Source of the DNA: Spirochaetia bacterium
GTDB lineage: Bacteria; Spirochaetota; Spirochaetia; CADAEX01
DNA length: 64,000 nt
Assembly (NCBI GenBank): GCA_963662795.1
Contig: OY759746.1
Span: 96,001 to 160,000, forward strand
Reading direction: 5' to 3'
Position 1 is the first letter of the stretch; every line of letters starts with the position of its first letter. The notes beneath the pieces were generated by a model. That model ran no database searches. It was not told the origin of the DNA and saw only the letters and a program-made list of their open reading frames with translations. The translations under genes and the position numbers were made by a program. Below are positions 46,621-56,123 of the stretch, one piece after another.

Positions 46621-47660
46621 CAGTGCGCCCCCTTCTTCACCCTGGTGAGTGCATACAGAATCATGCCGTTAGAGACAATTATGCGGATAACCTCCGACAT
46701 GTCCATCTGGATGATGGAGTTCATTACAGAGGGCGTCATTGTAAGGATACCCTGGAACAGAAATGCCCCGATCAGCACATTCATTATCGAGGCCTTGTTT
46801 ACCGACGCACCGCCGATCAGAATCGCGGCAACAGCCGGAAAAGCCATGTAAAACGGCCCCATATAAAGCTGAATAAATCCGAAGCTCTGCTGATATACAA
46901 TAATTCCCACCGCTCCGAGCCATGTTGAAAGGATAACCGATATTGTTCTCATTCTGTCGATATTTACACCGGAAGCCCTTGCGAAGACAGGATTTGACCC
47001 GACAGCTGTCATTGCTGTTCCGGTTTTTGTATGGAGGAAAGCCCAGACAAGAAAACAGATAAAACCCATAAAGAGAAGCATACCGGTCGGAAGGAGAAAT
47101 GTTCCGATTCTGACAGCAAGAAAATTGCTTAACGCATGCAGATAGAATCCCTCAACCGATATTGTTGTCCGAAGGCCCACTCCTTCATACCCCCAGACCA
47201 TTGTCGGGCTGCTGTAGGGAAGGAGAAGCCACATCATGCACATGAAAGCGACAGATGAAAAACCGACATAGGTCGCGATCATCATTTCATTACCCTTTAC
47301 ACGGTTAAGCAGAGTGCCGTATCCCCAGCCGAAGACAAGAGCGAAAGGGGTTGCGGCAAGAATTGCAATAAATAAAGACGCAGCGCCTATGCCTCCAAGC
47401 TCTATAGTGATAGTTGCTCCAAGAAGCCCGGCAATTATGCCAAGAGGGAGGCCGAAGTTGAGGCCGCATCCTGAATGGATCATTGGGACCAGTGCAAGTA
47501 CCATGATTCCGTTCATCCCGAACCGGATAAGGGTATCGCTTAATGATGTTCCGATTTTTACCTGCGCGAAAGGGGCTGCAATAAACAGGCTGAAAAGAAA
47601 AAATCCAATTATCAGACGCGGCCAGCCGGTTTTTTCAACAATCCTGTCAAGAGTCTTCAT
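46620..47660 (-). CDS. Sugar-type ABC transporter permease
   Basis: GLNFG, TKTGTAM.AVG.NP.FA.ASG, AAILIGGAS. Confidence 0.9.
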   Translation of the reverse strand: MKTLDRIVEKTGWPRLIIGFFLFSLFIAAPFAQVKIGTSLSDTLIRFGMNGIMVLALVPMIHSGCGLNFGLPLGIIAGLLGATITIELGGIGAASLFIAILAATPFALVFGWGYGTLLNRVKGNEMMIATYVGFSSVAFMCMMWLLLPYSSPTMVWGYEGVGLRTTISVEGFYLHALSNFLAVRIGTFLLPTGMLLFMGFICFLVWAFLHTKTGTAMTAVGSNPVFARASGVNIDRMRTISVILSTWLGAVGIIVYQQSFGFIQLYMGPFYMAFPAVAAILIGGASVNKASIMNVLIGAFLFQGILTMTPSVMNSIIQMDMSEVIRIIVSNGMILYALTRVKKGAH

Positions 47661-49255
47661 TTTGCACCCCCTGATACAGATGCTGTACCAAGCATGAGAA
47701 GGCCGAATTCCGCAGCAGGCCTTGTAGCCGGCAGTATCCCGGCGATTTTACCTTCATCTACTATTGCTATCCTGTCGCAGACTGAGCGCAGTTCTTCAAG
47801 TTCTGATGAAATCATGATTATTGTTGTCCCTTTTTCCCTGTTGTTTTTTATAAGCGTATCAAGTACAATCTTTTTTGCGCCCACATCAATACCCCTTGTA
47901 GGTTCTGATACAAAAAGCACACGGGGTTCCACAATAAAAGCTTTGGCAAGGCATATTTTCTGCTGATTTCCACCGGAAAGTTCCTGTGCTTTTTGAGAAT
48001 ATCCTGTGCACTTTATCTCAAGGGCATCTATAAATCCTTTTGCGGCATTCTGAATTGCCTTTTCATCCCGCCACTTTACAAGATTTCCAAACATCGGCTT
48101 TAAAAATTTATTCTGGACCTGCATGGCGGTAAAAGAAATATTCCAGTCAAGAGGCTCATCAAGAAGAAGCCCGACATCACGTCTGTCTTCCGAAACAAAA
48201 GCCATACCGCTGTCCAGCGCTGTACGCGGGCTGTTAAGGCTGATCTTTTTCCCGTCAAGGATTACTTCTCCCCCTCCGGGGAACAACCCCATAATACCGT
48301 TGGGGATACCAAGTTTCCCCTGCCCGGCGAGTCCGCCTATTCCGAATATTTCACCCTCATTTACATTAAAAGAAACATCCCTGACAGTTTCACCCGGCAT
48401 GTTGACCCAGAGCCTGCTTACAGAGAGAAAAGTCTTGTCAAATACTCTTGCATCCTCCCGCTTGGATACTTCCAGTTCCCTTCCGACCATTGCCTCGGCA
48501 ATTTCTGAAATATTGGTTGATGAAGTCGGTTTTTCCTGAATAATCCTTCCGTCCCGCAGGATAAGTATTTTATCTGTTATATTAATAATTTCCCTTAGGC
48601 GGTGTGATATGAATATTATTGAAATCCCATCGCTGGAAAGTTTTTTCATGGATTTTAAAAGTATTTCCGCTTCCGATTCCGTAAGAACCGCTGTCGGCTC
48701 ATCAAGGACAAGAAGCTTAATATTATCTTTTTCAAGTTCTCTCGCAATTTCCGTAAACTGTTTATGCCCTACAGGCATATCGCTTATCAGCATATCTTCG
48801 TGAAGCTGAACCCCGACTTTTCCTATTGCTTTAAGCGCCCTTTTTCTCATGTCCTTTCTGTCGAGGTTTTTCATCCTGTCGCCAAAGAGCTCAGTCATAA
48901 AGTTGTTTTTTGTTGATTCCCTGTTTAAAAGTATGTTTTCTGTTGCTGTAAATCCCGGCAGAAGTGAAAACTCCTGGTGTACCATCCCTATTCCGTCGTC
49001 AAGCGCCTCAAACGGTGTTTTGTATGAAACAGGTTTACCATCAAGAAAAACCTCTCCGCTGTATCCGCCTGTATCACGTATAACAGTCATCCCGAAAAGT
49101 ATTTTCATTAATGTGGTCTTACCTGCACCGTTTTCCCCTACAAGTCCGAGTATTTCCCCTTTTTCAAGCTTGAAGCTTACATTTTTAAGTACGGGATTCC
49201 CGAAGAAATCCTTGCTTATGTTTTTCATTTCAAGAAGAGGGCTTTTATCTTTCAT
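47657..49255 (-). CDS. Sugar-type ABC transporter ATPase (two domains, RbsA/MglA-like)
   Basis: GENGAGKTT, LDEPTA, LSGGNQQK, EPTRGIDVGAK. Confidence 0.94.
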   Translation of the reverse strand: MKDKSPLLEMKNISKDFFGNPVLKNVSFKLEKGEILGLVGENGAGKTTLMKILFGMTVIRDTGGYSGEVFLDGKPVSYKTPFEALDDGIGMVHQEFSLLPGFTATENILLNRESTKNNFMTELFGDRMKNLDRKDMRKRALKAIGKVGVQLHEDMLISDMPVGHKQFTEIARELEKDNIKLLVLDEPTAVLTESEAEILLKSMKKLSSDGISIIFISHRLREIINITDKILILRDGRIIQEKPTSSTNISEIAEAMVGRELEVSKREDARVFDKTFLSVSRLWVNMPGETVRDVSFNVNEGEIFGIGGLAGQGKLGIPNGIMGLFPGGGEVILDGKKISLNSPRTALDSGMAFVSEDRRDVGLLLDEPLDWNISFTAMQVQNKFLKPMFGNLVKWRDEKAIQNAAKGFIDALEIKCTGYSQKAQELSGGNQQKICLAKAFIVEPRVLFVSEPTRGIDVGAKKIVLDTLIKNNREKGTTIIMISSELEELRSVCDRIAIVDEGKIAGILPATRPAAEFGLLMLGTASVSGGAK

Positions 49256-49353
49256 TTATGTACCCCGCTGCCGTGTTTTGCTTATGATATTCCAACAGCA
49301 GGGCAGATTCCGGCTGACCGGGCGTTTCCTGAGCTGCTGATGCATCAACAAAG

Positions 49354-49382
49354 AAAAAGCGGGACTTAAGGCGTCCCGCTTT
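49354..49382 (-). terminator. Stem-loop/terminator after the binding-protein gene
   Basis: AAAGCGGGAC-N7-GTCCCGCTTT with a U-tract on the minus strand. Confidence 0.7.
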
Positions 49383-49397
49383 GTGAAAATTAAATTT

Positions 49398-50627
49398 TTA
49401 TTTTACACTGAAATATTTTTCCGGTACTGTTACATCCGGTGTACCCATATAACCCTTACCCATCATGTATGTATCCTGATAGATAAGAACATGGTTGTTT
49501 GCCCTGACACCTGTTGCAACATCGGTATAAAATCCGCCGTTCCATTTCGCGCCCGGTGTGTATTTGTTATATGCTTTCATAAGATCAGACATTTTGAGAA
49601 GTTCAGCTTCGCCGTTGATAACATTCATGGCATGCTGACCGAGAGCTGCAGTTGTTGTATAGCCGTATGAATAAGCCCATGTACCGAATCTTCCGGCTCC
49701 GCCCTTATCCTTGATTGTTGATTCAACTTTCGCAAGGATGGCAGGGAAATCACCCTTTTCAGCTGAAAGGTCAATTCCGAGAGCTCCCGGATATCCCATC
49801 AATGGAGAAGGAAGATCTGCTTCGATAAAGTACCCGCCGTATTCAATAAGCTGTTTGAGAAGAGGTTCTGTATGTGCGTCATTTGTACAGAAGAAAGCTG
49901 TGTTTTTTCCGTATTTGGCAACCCATGCCGGTACTTTCTCAAGAATAAACTGCTGAGCGCCGGCAACGCCTACATCGCTTGTAGGATCCGGTGCTGTTTC
50001 AAAGACAAACTTGATTCCAAGGTCTTTGCATGCAGCTTCGAAAATTGCCCTTCTTCTTCCAAGTGTCTCATAACTCATGTGTCTCGGGAATGAAATGTGT
50101 ACGAAAGTGTCAACACCGAGTTTTTTCGCAGTATCTATAATAAGAAATCCGCGGGAAACAAAATCGCTGTTTATTGCAAGGTCAGCAGCGCTTTCAATTA
50201 CAAGAGGATCCTCATGCGCTTCACCTGCGATAAGGATAATATCATCTCTCTTTTCCTTGACTCTGCGAAAACCTTCCGTTGTTCCGGGAATTGCCTGGTT
50301 AACAACAATTGCCTTCATCAGCGGATCATCGGCAAGACCTACAATCTGTGAAATGGTTGTTTCCATTTCCTGCATAAAATTGTCAGGATAAGTTACATGC
50401 TGAATCATCCCGCCGTCAGCTACTGAACCGTATTCCTCGATTAATCGTTCTGCTCCACGCAAATCGTCTTCCGACTGGGAAACAGTTCCTGTAACAACAC
50501 CGATGTGATAAGCAGCTCCTGCTTTTTCATCTTTCGGCGCTTCTTTCTTACAGGATATCAGCATTCCTCCGGAGAGTACTGCCATAGCTGTAATAAGAAG
50601 AAAAACCCTAAAAAAACTCTTTTTCAT
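49398..50627 (-). CDS. DUF3798-family substrate-binding lipoprotein
   Basis: Lipobox LISC; TGTVSQSED, H.TYPDNF, SFPRHM, PDP.SD.G, FF.TN, PSP..GYPGA. Confidence 0.8.
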   Translation of the reverse strand: MKKSFFRVFLLITAMAVLSGGMLISCKKEAPKDEKAGAAYHIGVVTGTVSQSEDDLRGAERLIEEYGSVADGGMIQHVTYPDNFMQEMETTISQIVGLADDPLMKAIVVNQAIPGTTEGFRRVKEKRDDIILIAGEAHEDPLVIESAADLAINSDFVSRGFLIIDTAKKLGVDTFVHISFPRHMSYETLGRRRAIFEAACKDLGIKFVFETAPDPTSDVGVAGAQQFILEKVPAWVAKYGKNTAFFCTNDAHTEPLLKQLIEYGGYFIEADLPSPLMGYPGALGIDLSAEKGDFPAILAKVESTIKDKGGAGRFGTWAYSYGYTTTAALGQHAMNVINGEAELLKMSDLMKAYNKYTPGAKWNGGFYTDVATGVRANNHVLIYQDTYMMGKGYMGTPDVTVPEKYFSVK

Positions 50628-50769
50628 TGCTATCTCCTTTTTATGTTCGTATTACTACAACATAGCATTGTACAGTCAGCAACGTGTTTGTTCAACTATT
50701 ATTTTGATTTATTTTCTACTTTATGGAGCAGGCGGATCATCAACACTGCTTTCTGCATCAGGCGGATAT

Positions 50770-53700
50770 TTAATTTCCTCTATCCGCGGTTTCAAGACGC
50801 TGCCTTATATAACATTTTTCGGCAAACATAGCCATTTCCGCTTCAAGGTTTGAAAGCTCTGAATCGCCGAAAACCCCGGTGAGGTAAGGGATAACCCTTT
50901 TTGCCGGATTTTTTTCACTGATTTTTTTTATATCTATCAGCGATTGTATTTTGGATGATGCGACACATTCCTGCATGCAGCCGAAAGGTTCAAGCTGATA
51001 TACCCCGCTTAATCCTTCTGAATTACTGTTTATAAAATCATGGGTTATGCCTATTGAAATTCCAGCCTCTCCCTTGATCCTTACATCAAAAATATTTTCC
51101 CGCCTGAGTTCGTTATAAAGATCAATCGGCCTTCTGAACCTGCGGTGAGCAAGGATACTGCTGAAAGGAAGGGAAAGTCCCTTTTCAACCTTCATCATAT
51201 AAAGCCCTTTTACAAGAGCTCCAAACCACAGGAGATATCTTTTTTCCTTCCAGTAAGCGGCCCTCTGCATCTTGTTGACATATTCAAACATGTCGGCAAG
51301 CAGCCTCGGTACTATCTCAAGTTTGAATGATTCAAGCTTTAATATCGAATTCTCATTTGCCCCGGTATGGCTTCTTACAAATATTTCACCAAACAGGCTT
51401 ACAAGTGGATAGCGCTTTGCTATATTCGCATCAATTTCCCGGCATCTTTCCGAAGCGGTTTTCATAAATGCTGTAAGCTTTTTATAATCGCAGCCCTCCC
51501 CTACAATCTGAAGGAATTCCTTGCGTATTTCCGCGAAAAAGGCCTCTGTTGACCCTTCTACAATTTCGTAAGGTCTGATGCTCAGCTGCGCATTCATCAG
51601 TATGTCAGAGGCTATTGCGGCTTTTGCTATATTCCGCCTTATTATGCTTCTTTCCTTTCTGCTTACGGGAAGATTTTCCCAGTCAAGATAGGCAGCAGGA
51701 TTTACAATGGAAACACGGTCAAACCCGCATTCATCAAGAAACTGTTTTACAATTATGTGATACTGGCCAAGGCGGCACGGGCCGCCGGCCATGGGAACAA
51801 AAACAGCAAGATCATTATTCGGATCAAGACCTTCCCTCTGCTTGGAGTGAACCCACGCGAATACATCTCCGAACAGGATATGCATCGGCAGGCAGTTATT
51901 TGTTATAAGGTATTTTCTTGCCCAGGCTTCCGACTCCTGGGTTTTACTCGGCATTGCCTCTGCCCTGTAGCCTGCGGATTTAAAGACAGCTACCAGCATC
52001 TCAGATGACTCAGTCCCCATATCAGGTATTCCAAGTATTCTTTTTTTAAGATCATCTGTTTCCCTGTATTCCGTTTCAAGGTCCTTTAATGTAATTTTTT
52101 GCGGTATATGGTTTTTAACTACTTCAAAGTTTGCCATTGCCCGGGTTCCGAACTGTGCATTGCTGTTGTGACCGTCAGTCTGAAGGGTAAGGTAGGGTTT
52201 TCCTGTAATGTCAAAAATTCTTCCTTCATGATAGGAGAGCATGGCATCAGGGCCGCAGTTGAAATTTGTTTCCCGTACACCATACAGGTTGGGGTCGAGG
52301 GCCGCAAGAAGGTTGTACCGGGTCATTTCCCGCCCCTGAAACCAGTACATGTGTCTTACTATATCTGTAAAATCATAATCAGGCTGCTCAAGAAAAAAAC
52401 AGGGGATAAAATGGAGGCCGTTCATTATAAACAGCTCGTGAATTTTGGAACTCGCCATATTGTCGAATATTGTATAACCGCGGCCTATGCCGAGGAATAT
52501 TTTTTCATTCTTCTTTTTTAGTTTTTCAACTATTCCGCTGCCTATCCTGTGCATTCTTGCATTAAAATCTTCCTGTGTTTTTAAGGCTTTTTTTACTGCT
52601 GATGCAACTTTCCTGCCGGTTAAAGATTTTGCATATTCTGTTCCGGCAAATGCCCGCTTCAAATCTATAATGATGTCATCCTCAAGCTTGTAGATATCAT
52701 CATTAAAGACAAGAACAGGGAGAAGCACATCGGATGATTCAATCTTCAGCGCGTCTTTTGCCGCAAATCCGGCGCCGGAAACATAGGGGCATGTTTTTGA
52801 CTGGTTCTGGGGAGCTTTTTCCTCTCCGCTTCCCAGGTAGTTTACAAGCAGTATTTTATCTATCCCGTGCCGCATACACTCTTTCAGATAAGCAGTGTGT
52901 CCGTAATGAAGTTTTGAAGGATAACAGGATTCTGAGTGGGAATGGGCGATGCCGAGGGAGGCGATATATTCATCCGATTCAGGCGATACAAAAACGCTGA
53001 ACCCCAGATAATGATAAAGCGATGCGAAAAAAACGCCCCTTTCATTAAGAAAATGGAGAGACCTCGGGATATAGACTGCAGCTGAACCGCCAGTTGCTGC
53101 TTCCTGATCAGTTTTACGCGCAGGAGATGAATATTTTGACAGCTCCTTATCAAGCTCATTTTTATAAAGTGCTATATAATCGGGAGATCTTTTTGAAGAG
53201 CCCTGAGTATTTCCCTTGGGACAAAGTCCTCCTGAAAAAACCATCTCATCCCCGGTTTTATATACCTGAAGCCGGCAGTCCCGCGTCCCGCAGGAATCAG
53301 GAATTACAGCACTGCAGTCAGCGTTTAATTTTTCAAACCCGATATCAGCGACGCCAAATCCCCTGAACCTGCATAAAGGAGATTTCCCCTCCTTCAAAAT
53401 GCTGTTTACCCTGTTAAAAGCAACAAGAGCGGCTCCCATTGCTCCGAACAGCTGCCGGTGGGGAAAAGCATGAATTTCAGCTCCTGTATGAAGGGCAAGC
53501 GCTGCAAGACATTCCAGCCCCTTGAACGGGCCTCCCTGCGCAGAGGCAAGAGAGCCGAATTTTTCGTTACCTACGAATTTATTGGAATATCCTCCCATAA
53601 ATCCGTAAGCGGTAGCGGCAGCGACCTCTTCTATCGGAAATCCGAGCGCAACAAGTTTTAAAATATCGGCTTCAGTGAAAATAGCGCACATTTCATCAGA

Positions 53701-55353
53701 AACAGGGGTCCTTTCCGCAGCAAGGGCATAGTCCCTGAATGTCTTAAAATCAAGACCGAGCATATCAAGCATGTTTTTCATCGACTGTCCGGTTCCTGCC
53801 ATGCAGGAAAGATTCATCTTCGCTTTTTTTACTGTCCCGTCAGGATTGAACACTGTAAACTTTGCATCCTGGCCGCCGCATTCAAAAATTGTATCAACAT
53901 CCCTGTTGAAAAACCGCACCCCCTCTGCATGGCAGGTAATTTCATCCTTTACAATATCAGTTCCGCACCCTGACACATCTCCGCCGCTTTTGGTGAAATC
54001 TGTAAAAAGCCTGTGGTAAAACTGTCCTGATGATCCTGTATATGTTATCCCCTTAATATCAAGTTTATCTTCAAATACATTCTTTATTTCACTGAAAACC
54101 TTCTGGGCTGCTTCAAGGGGCCTGCCGTCTGTGTCAATGCATATTTCAGCCAGTATCTCCATGTCAGCTGAATCCGCAATAAGCGCTTTCGTTGTAGTTG
54201 ATCCTCCGTCAACACCGATTACAACACCTCTTCCGGTATCCGGTTTTTTAAAAACCGTAAGCCCCCCTTCTGTTGTTAAAAGAGGTTTTTCATCTTCATG
54301 GATATGGACAAGATGGAGAGCGCTTGAAAGGGGCGGCGCAAATTTCACCTTTTTAACCTCTGCTTCTTTGGCAGCTTCCAGTTTTTCAATATCAAGAGAA
54401 GATGTTTTCCCCTCTTTAAGCGCAAGAAAGGCAGCTCCTGCCGCACCTATTTTTTCACAATTTTCAGGAAGAGTTATCTCAAGTCCCAGTTCTGCTGCAA
54501 AAACATCAGCCAGAAAACTGTTTAAAAAAATGCCTCCGGTAGCTGCTGTCTTTTTCTTCCTGTCAAGGGTCCTCATTCTGATTACATCACTTCTGTAGTT
54601 GGCAGCAATCCTCCGGTACATACCTTTCAGTATATCCTGTATCTGTTCCCCGCTGTTTTGCATGTGGATCATATCCGACTGGATTATTACGCCGCACCTG
54701 CCCCCTACATTAAGATTCTTGTCAGAAGAGATGACAGCTTCAGCAGCCAGAATATGCATTTTTTCAACCTGGACCTGGAGTTTTTTCCTGTTTTCACTTG
54801 CTTTTTTCCGTTTGTCCTTTGTATCAGCAATTTCAGCAATGTCTGAGCCGGTTCCGGCAGACTCTAATTTCACAGGAGTATAATCAGCAAAAAACCGGCG
54901 TACCTGTTTGTTTATCAGAATACCGCTCCCGCCGCCGCATTTGGTCCCTGTACCATGATCTGAAACAAAAAATTCTTCTGCCTTCTGACCGGTTTTTTCC
55001 CGCTCAAAAAAATAGGGGTCCTTTGATCCGACATGAATAAGATATTCGCAATCGGGGGCAATAAGATCAGCACCGGATGAAATAGCTATTGTATCAAAAT
55101 AAAAAGGATTTGACGTGGTTTCGGCAATCATTCTGCCAAGAGATCCTGTAAACGATACTGACTTAATATATTCGGGTGAAATAAAACTGATGACATTCTC
55201 ATACATCTCGATTATTGCTTCAACAGGATTGCCGAAATGCATAATGGATGAAGGCATATACATGATTGCACCATCATCATCAACAAGAGCACAATGGATT
55301 GTGTCAGAACCTATATCAAGTCCAAGATAACAGGATTTATTTTTTAATATCAT
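50770..55353 (-). CDS. Fused CoA-substrate activase (2x BadF/BadG/BcrA/BcrD) + DUF2229 + 2-hydroxyacyl-CoA dehydratase-like protein; PlsA-type architecture
   Basis: GLDIGS / KCGGGSG / GRCGV; GVDGGSTTTK / GGQDAK / SCMAGTG / MCAIF; ESCYP, TCPY, FNCGPD; NCLP, GPCRLGQY, PFGCM. Confidence 0.82.
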   Translation of the reverse strand: MILKNKSCYLGLDIGSDTIHCALVDDDGAIMYMPSSIMHFGNPVEAIIEMYENVISFISPEYIKSVSFTGSLGRMIAETTSNPFYFDTIAISSGADLIAPDCEYLIHVGSKDPYFFEREKTGQKAEEFFVSDHGTGTKCGGGSGILINKQVRRFFADYTPVKLESAGTGSDIAEIADTKDKRKKASENRKKLQVQVEKMHILAAEAVISSDKNLNVGGRCGVIIQSDMIHMQNSGEQIQDILKGMYRRIAANYRSDVIRMRTLDRKKKTAATGGIFLNSFLADVFAAELGLEITLPENCEKIGAAGAAFLALKEGKTSSLDIEKLEAAKEAEVKKVKFAPPLSSALHLVHIHEDEKPLLTTEGGLTVFKKPDTGRGVVIGVDGGSTTTKALIADSADMEILAEICIDTDGRPLEAAQKVFSEIKNVFEDKLDIKGITYTGSSGQFYHRLFTDFTKSGGDVSGCGTDIVKDEITCHAEGVRFFNRDVDTIFECGGQDAKFTVFNPDGTVKKAKMNLSCMAGTGQSMKNMLDMLGLDFKTFRDYALAAERTPVSDEMCAIFTEADILKLVALGFPIEEVAAATAYGFMGGYSNKFVGNEKFGSLASAQGGPFKGLECLAALALHTGAEIHAFPHRQLFGAMGAALVAFNRVNSILKEGKSPLCRFRGFGVADIGFEKLNADCSAVIPDSCGTRDCRLQVYKTGDEMVFSGGLCPKGNTQGSSKRSPDYIALYKNELDKELSKYSSPARKTDQEAATGGSAAVYIPRSLHFLNERGVFFASLYHYLGFSVFVSPESDEYIASLGIAHSHSESCYPSKLHYGHTAYLKECMRHGIDKILLVNYLGSGEEKAPQNQSKTCPYVSGAGFAAKDALKIESSDVLLPVLVFNDDIYKLEDDIIIDLKRAFAGTEYAKSLTGRKVASAVKKALKTQEDFNARMHRIGSGIVEKLKKKNEKIFLGIGRGYTIFDNMASSKIHELFIMNGLHFIPCFFLEQPDYDFTDIVRHMYWFQGREMTRYNLLAALDPNLYGVRETNFNCGPDAMLSYHEGRIFDITGKPYLTLQTDGHNSNAQFGTRAMANFEVVKNHIPQKITLKDLETEYRETDDLKKRILGIPDMGTESSEMLVAVFKSAGYRAEAMPSKTQESEAWARKYLITNNCLPMHILFGDVFAWVHSKQREGLDPNNDLAVFVPMAGGPCRLGQYHIIVKQFLDECGFDRVSIVNPAAYLDWENLPVSRKERSIIRRNIAKAAIASDILMNAQLSIRPYEIVEGSTEAFFAEIRKEFLQIVGEGCDYKKLTAFMKTASERCREIDANIAKRYPLVSLFGEIFVRSHTGANENSILKLESFKLEIVPRLLADMFEYVNKMQRAAYWKEKRYLLWFGALVKGLYMMKVEKGLSLPFSSILAHRRFRRPIDLYNELRRENIFDVRIKGEAGISIGITHDFINSNSEGLSGVYQLEPFGCMQECVASSKIQSLIDIKKISEKNPAKRVIPYLTGVFGDSELSNLEAEMAMFAEKCYIRQRLETADRGN

Positions 55354-55520
55354 TATTCTTCCTTAAAGTTACATAAACATTGCAGTTACTTAAACATTTA
55401 AATAATTGTATTTCAGAAAAGCAATAAATACTTATCCGAAAAAAATATTTGAAGTGCCTATAATTAATCATAATATGCAATGATACAGGGTAATTGTAAA
55501 AAAACTGTAAAACCTGAAAC

Positions 55521-55559
55521 AAAAAAAGAGCCGGTTAACCTCGCGGGAACCAGCTCTTT
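55521..55559 (-). terminator. Intrinsic terminator of the RRM gene
   Basis: Minus strand GAGCTGGTT...AACCGGCTC followed by T7. Confidence 0.7.
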
Positions 55560-55587
55560 ATCTTTTCCGAACTATATTTAACAAATA

Positions 55588-55863
55588 TTAGTTTCTGTAA
55601 GATCTTTCTCTTGGTGCTCTTTCTCTTGCTTCATTAACAAGAAGTTCGCGGTTGTTGAACTGTTTTCCGTTCAATGCTGCGATAGCTTCAGAAGCTGCTG
55701 TACCATCTTCCATTTCAACAAAACCAAAGCCTTTCGACCTGTTTGTATACCTGTCTATTACGATAGACACATCGAGTACATTGCCGTATTCTGCGAAGAG
55801 ATCGGCAAGCTGATCTTCAGTTGTTGCATAGTTTAGATTTCCAACATAGAGTTTCTTTGACAT
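55588..55863 (-). CDS. RRM (RNP-1) RNA-binding protein
   Basis: KLYVGNL (RNP2), RSKGFGFVEM (RNP1), L.VNEAR. Confidence 0.95.
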   Translation of the reverse strand: MSKKLYVGNLNYATTEDQLADLFAEYGNVLDVSIVIDRYTNRSKGFGFVEMEDGTAASEAIAALNGKQFNNRELLVNEARERAPRERSYRN

Positions 55864-56072
55864 AAAAATCATCCTTTTTCTGTAATCAAACAGAAATAAT
55901 AAAAAAAATTATCGTGGTGCGCGTTTATTGCATTATTTATTTTGTTTAGATTAAATAATTGGCAGGAATATTCAACAGCTTCTTTCGTCAGCATAAAAAC
56001 ATAATCCGGAAATTATAATTCAAAAACAAAAAAATATTCAAAATACGACTGTGCATTCCACAGATTATTGGC

Positions 56073-56101
56073 ATTATACATTTATATTTTAATTGAGTCA
56101 A
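56073..56101 (-). promoter_or_regulatory. sigma70 promoter of the RRM gene, implying a 5' UTR of about 200 nt
   Basis: Minus strand TTGACT-17 nt-TATAAT. Confidence 0.65.
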
Positions 56102-56123
56102 CTGCAGAAATTATTATATTTTT

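Noticed and set aside
50727-50766. Short direct repeat CAGGCGGAT x2 downstream of the activase gene
   Set aside because: Only two 9-bp copies with no further structure; not distinguishable from chance.
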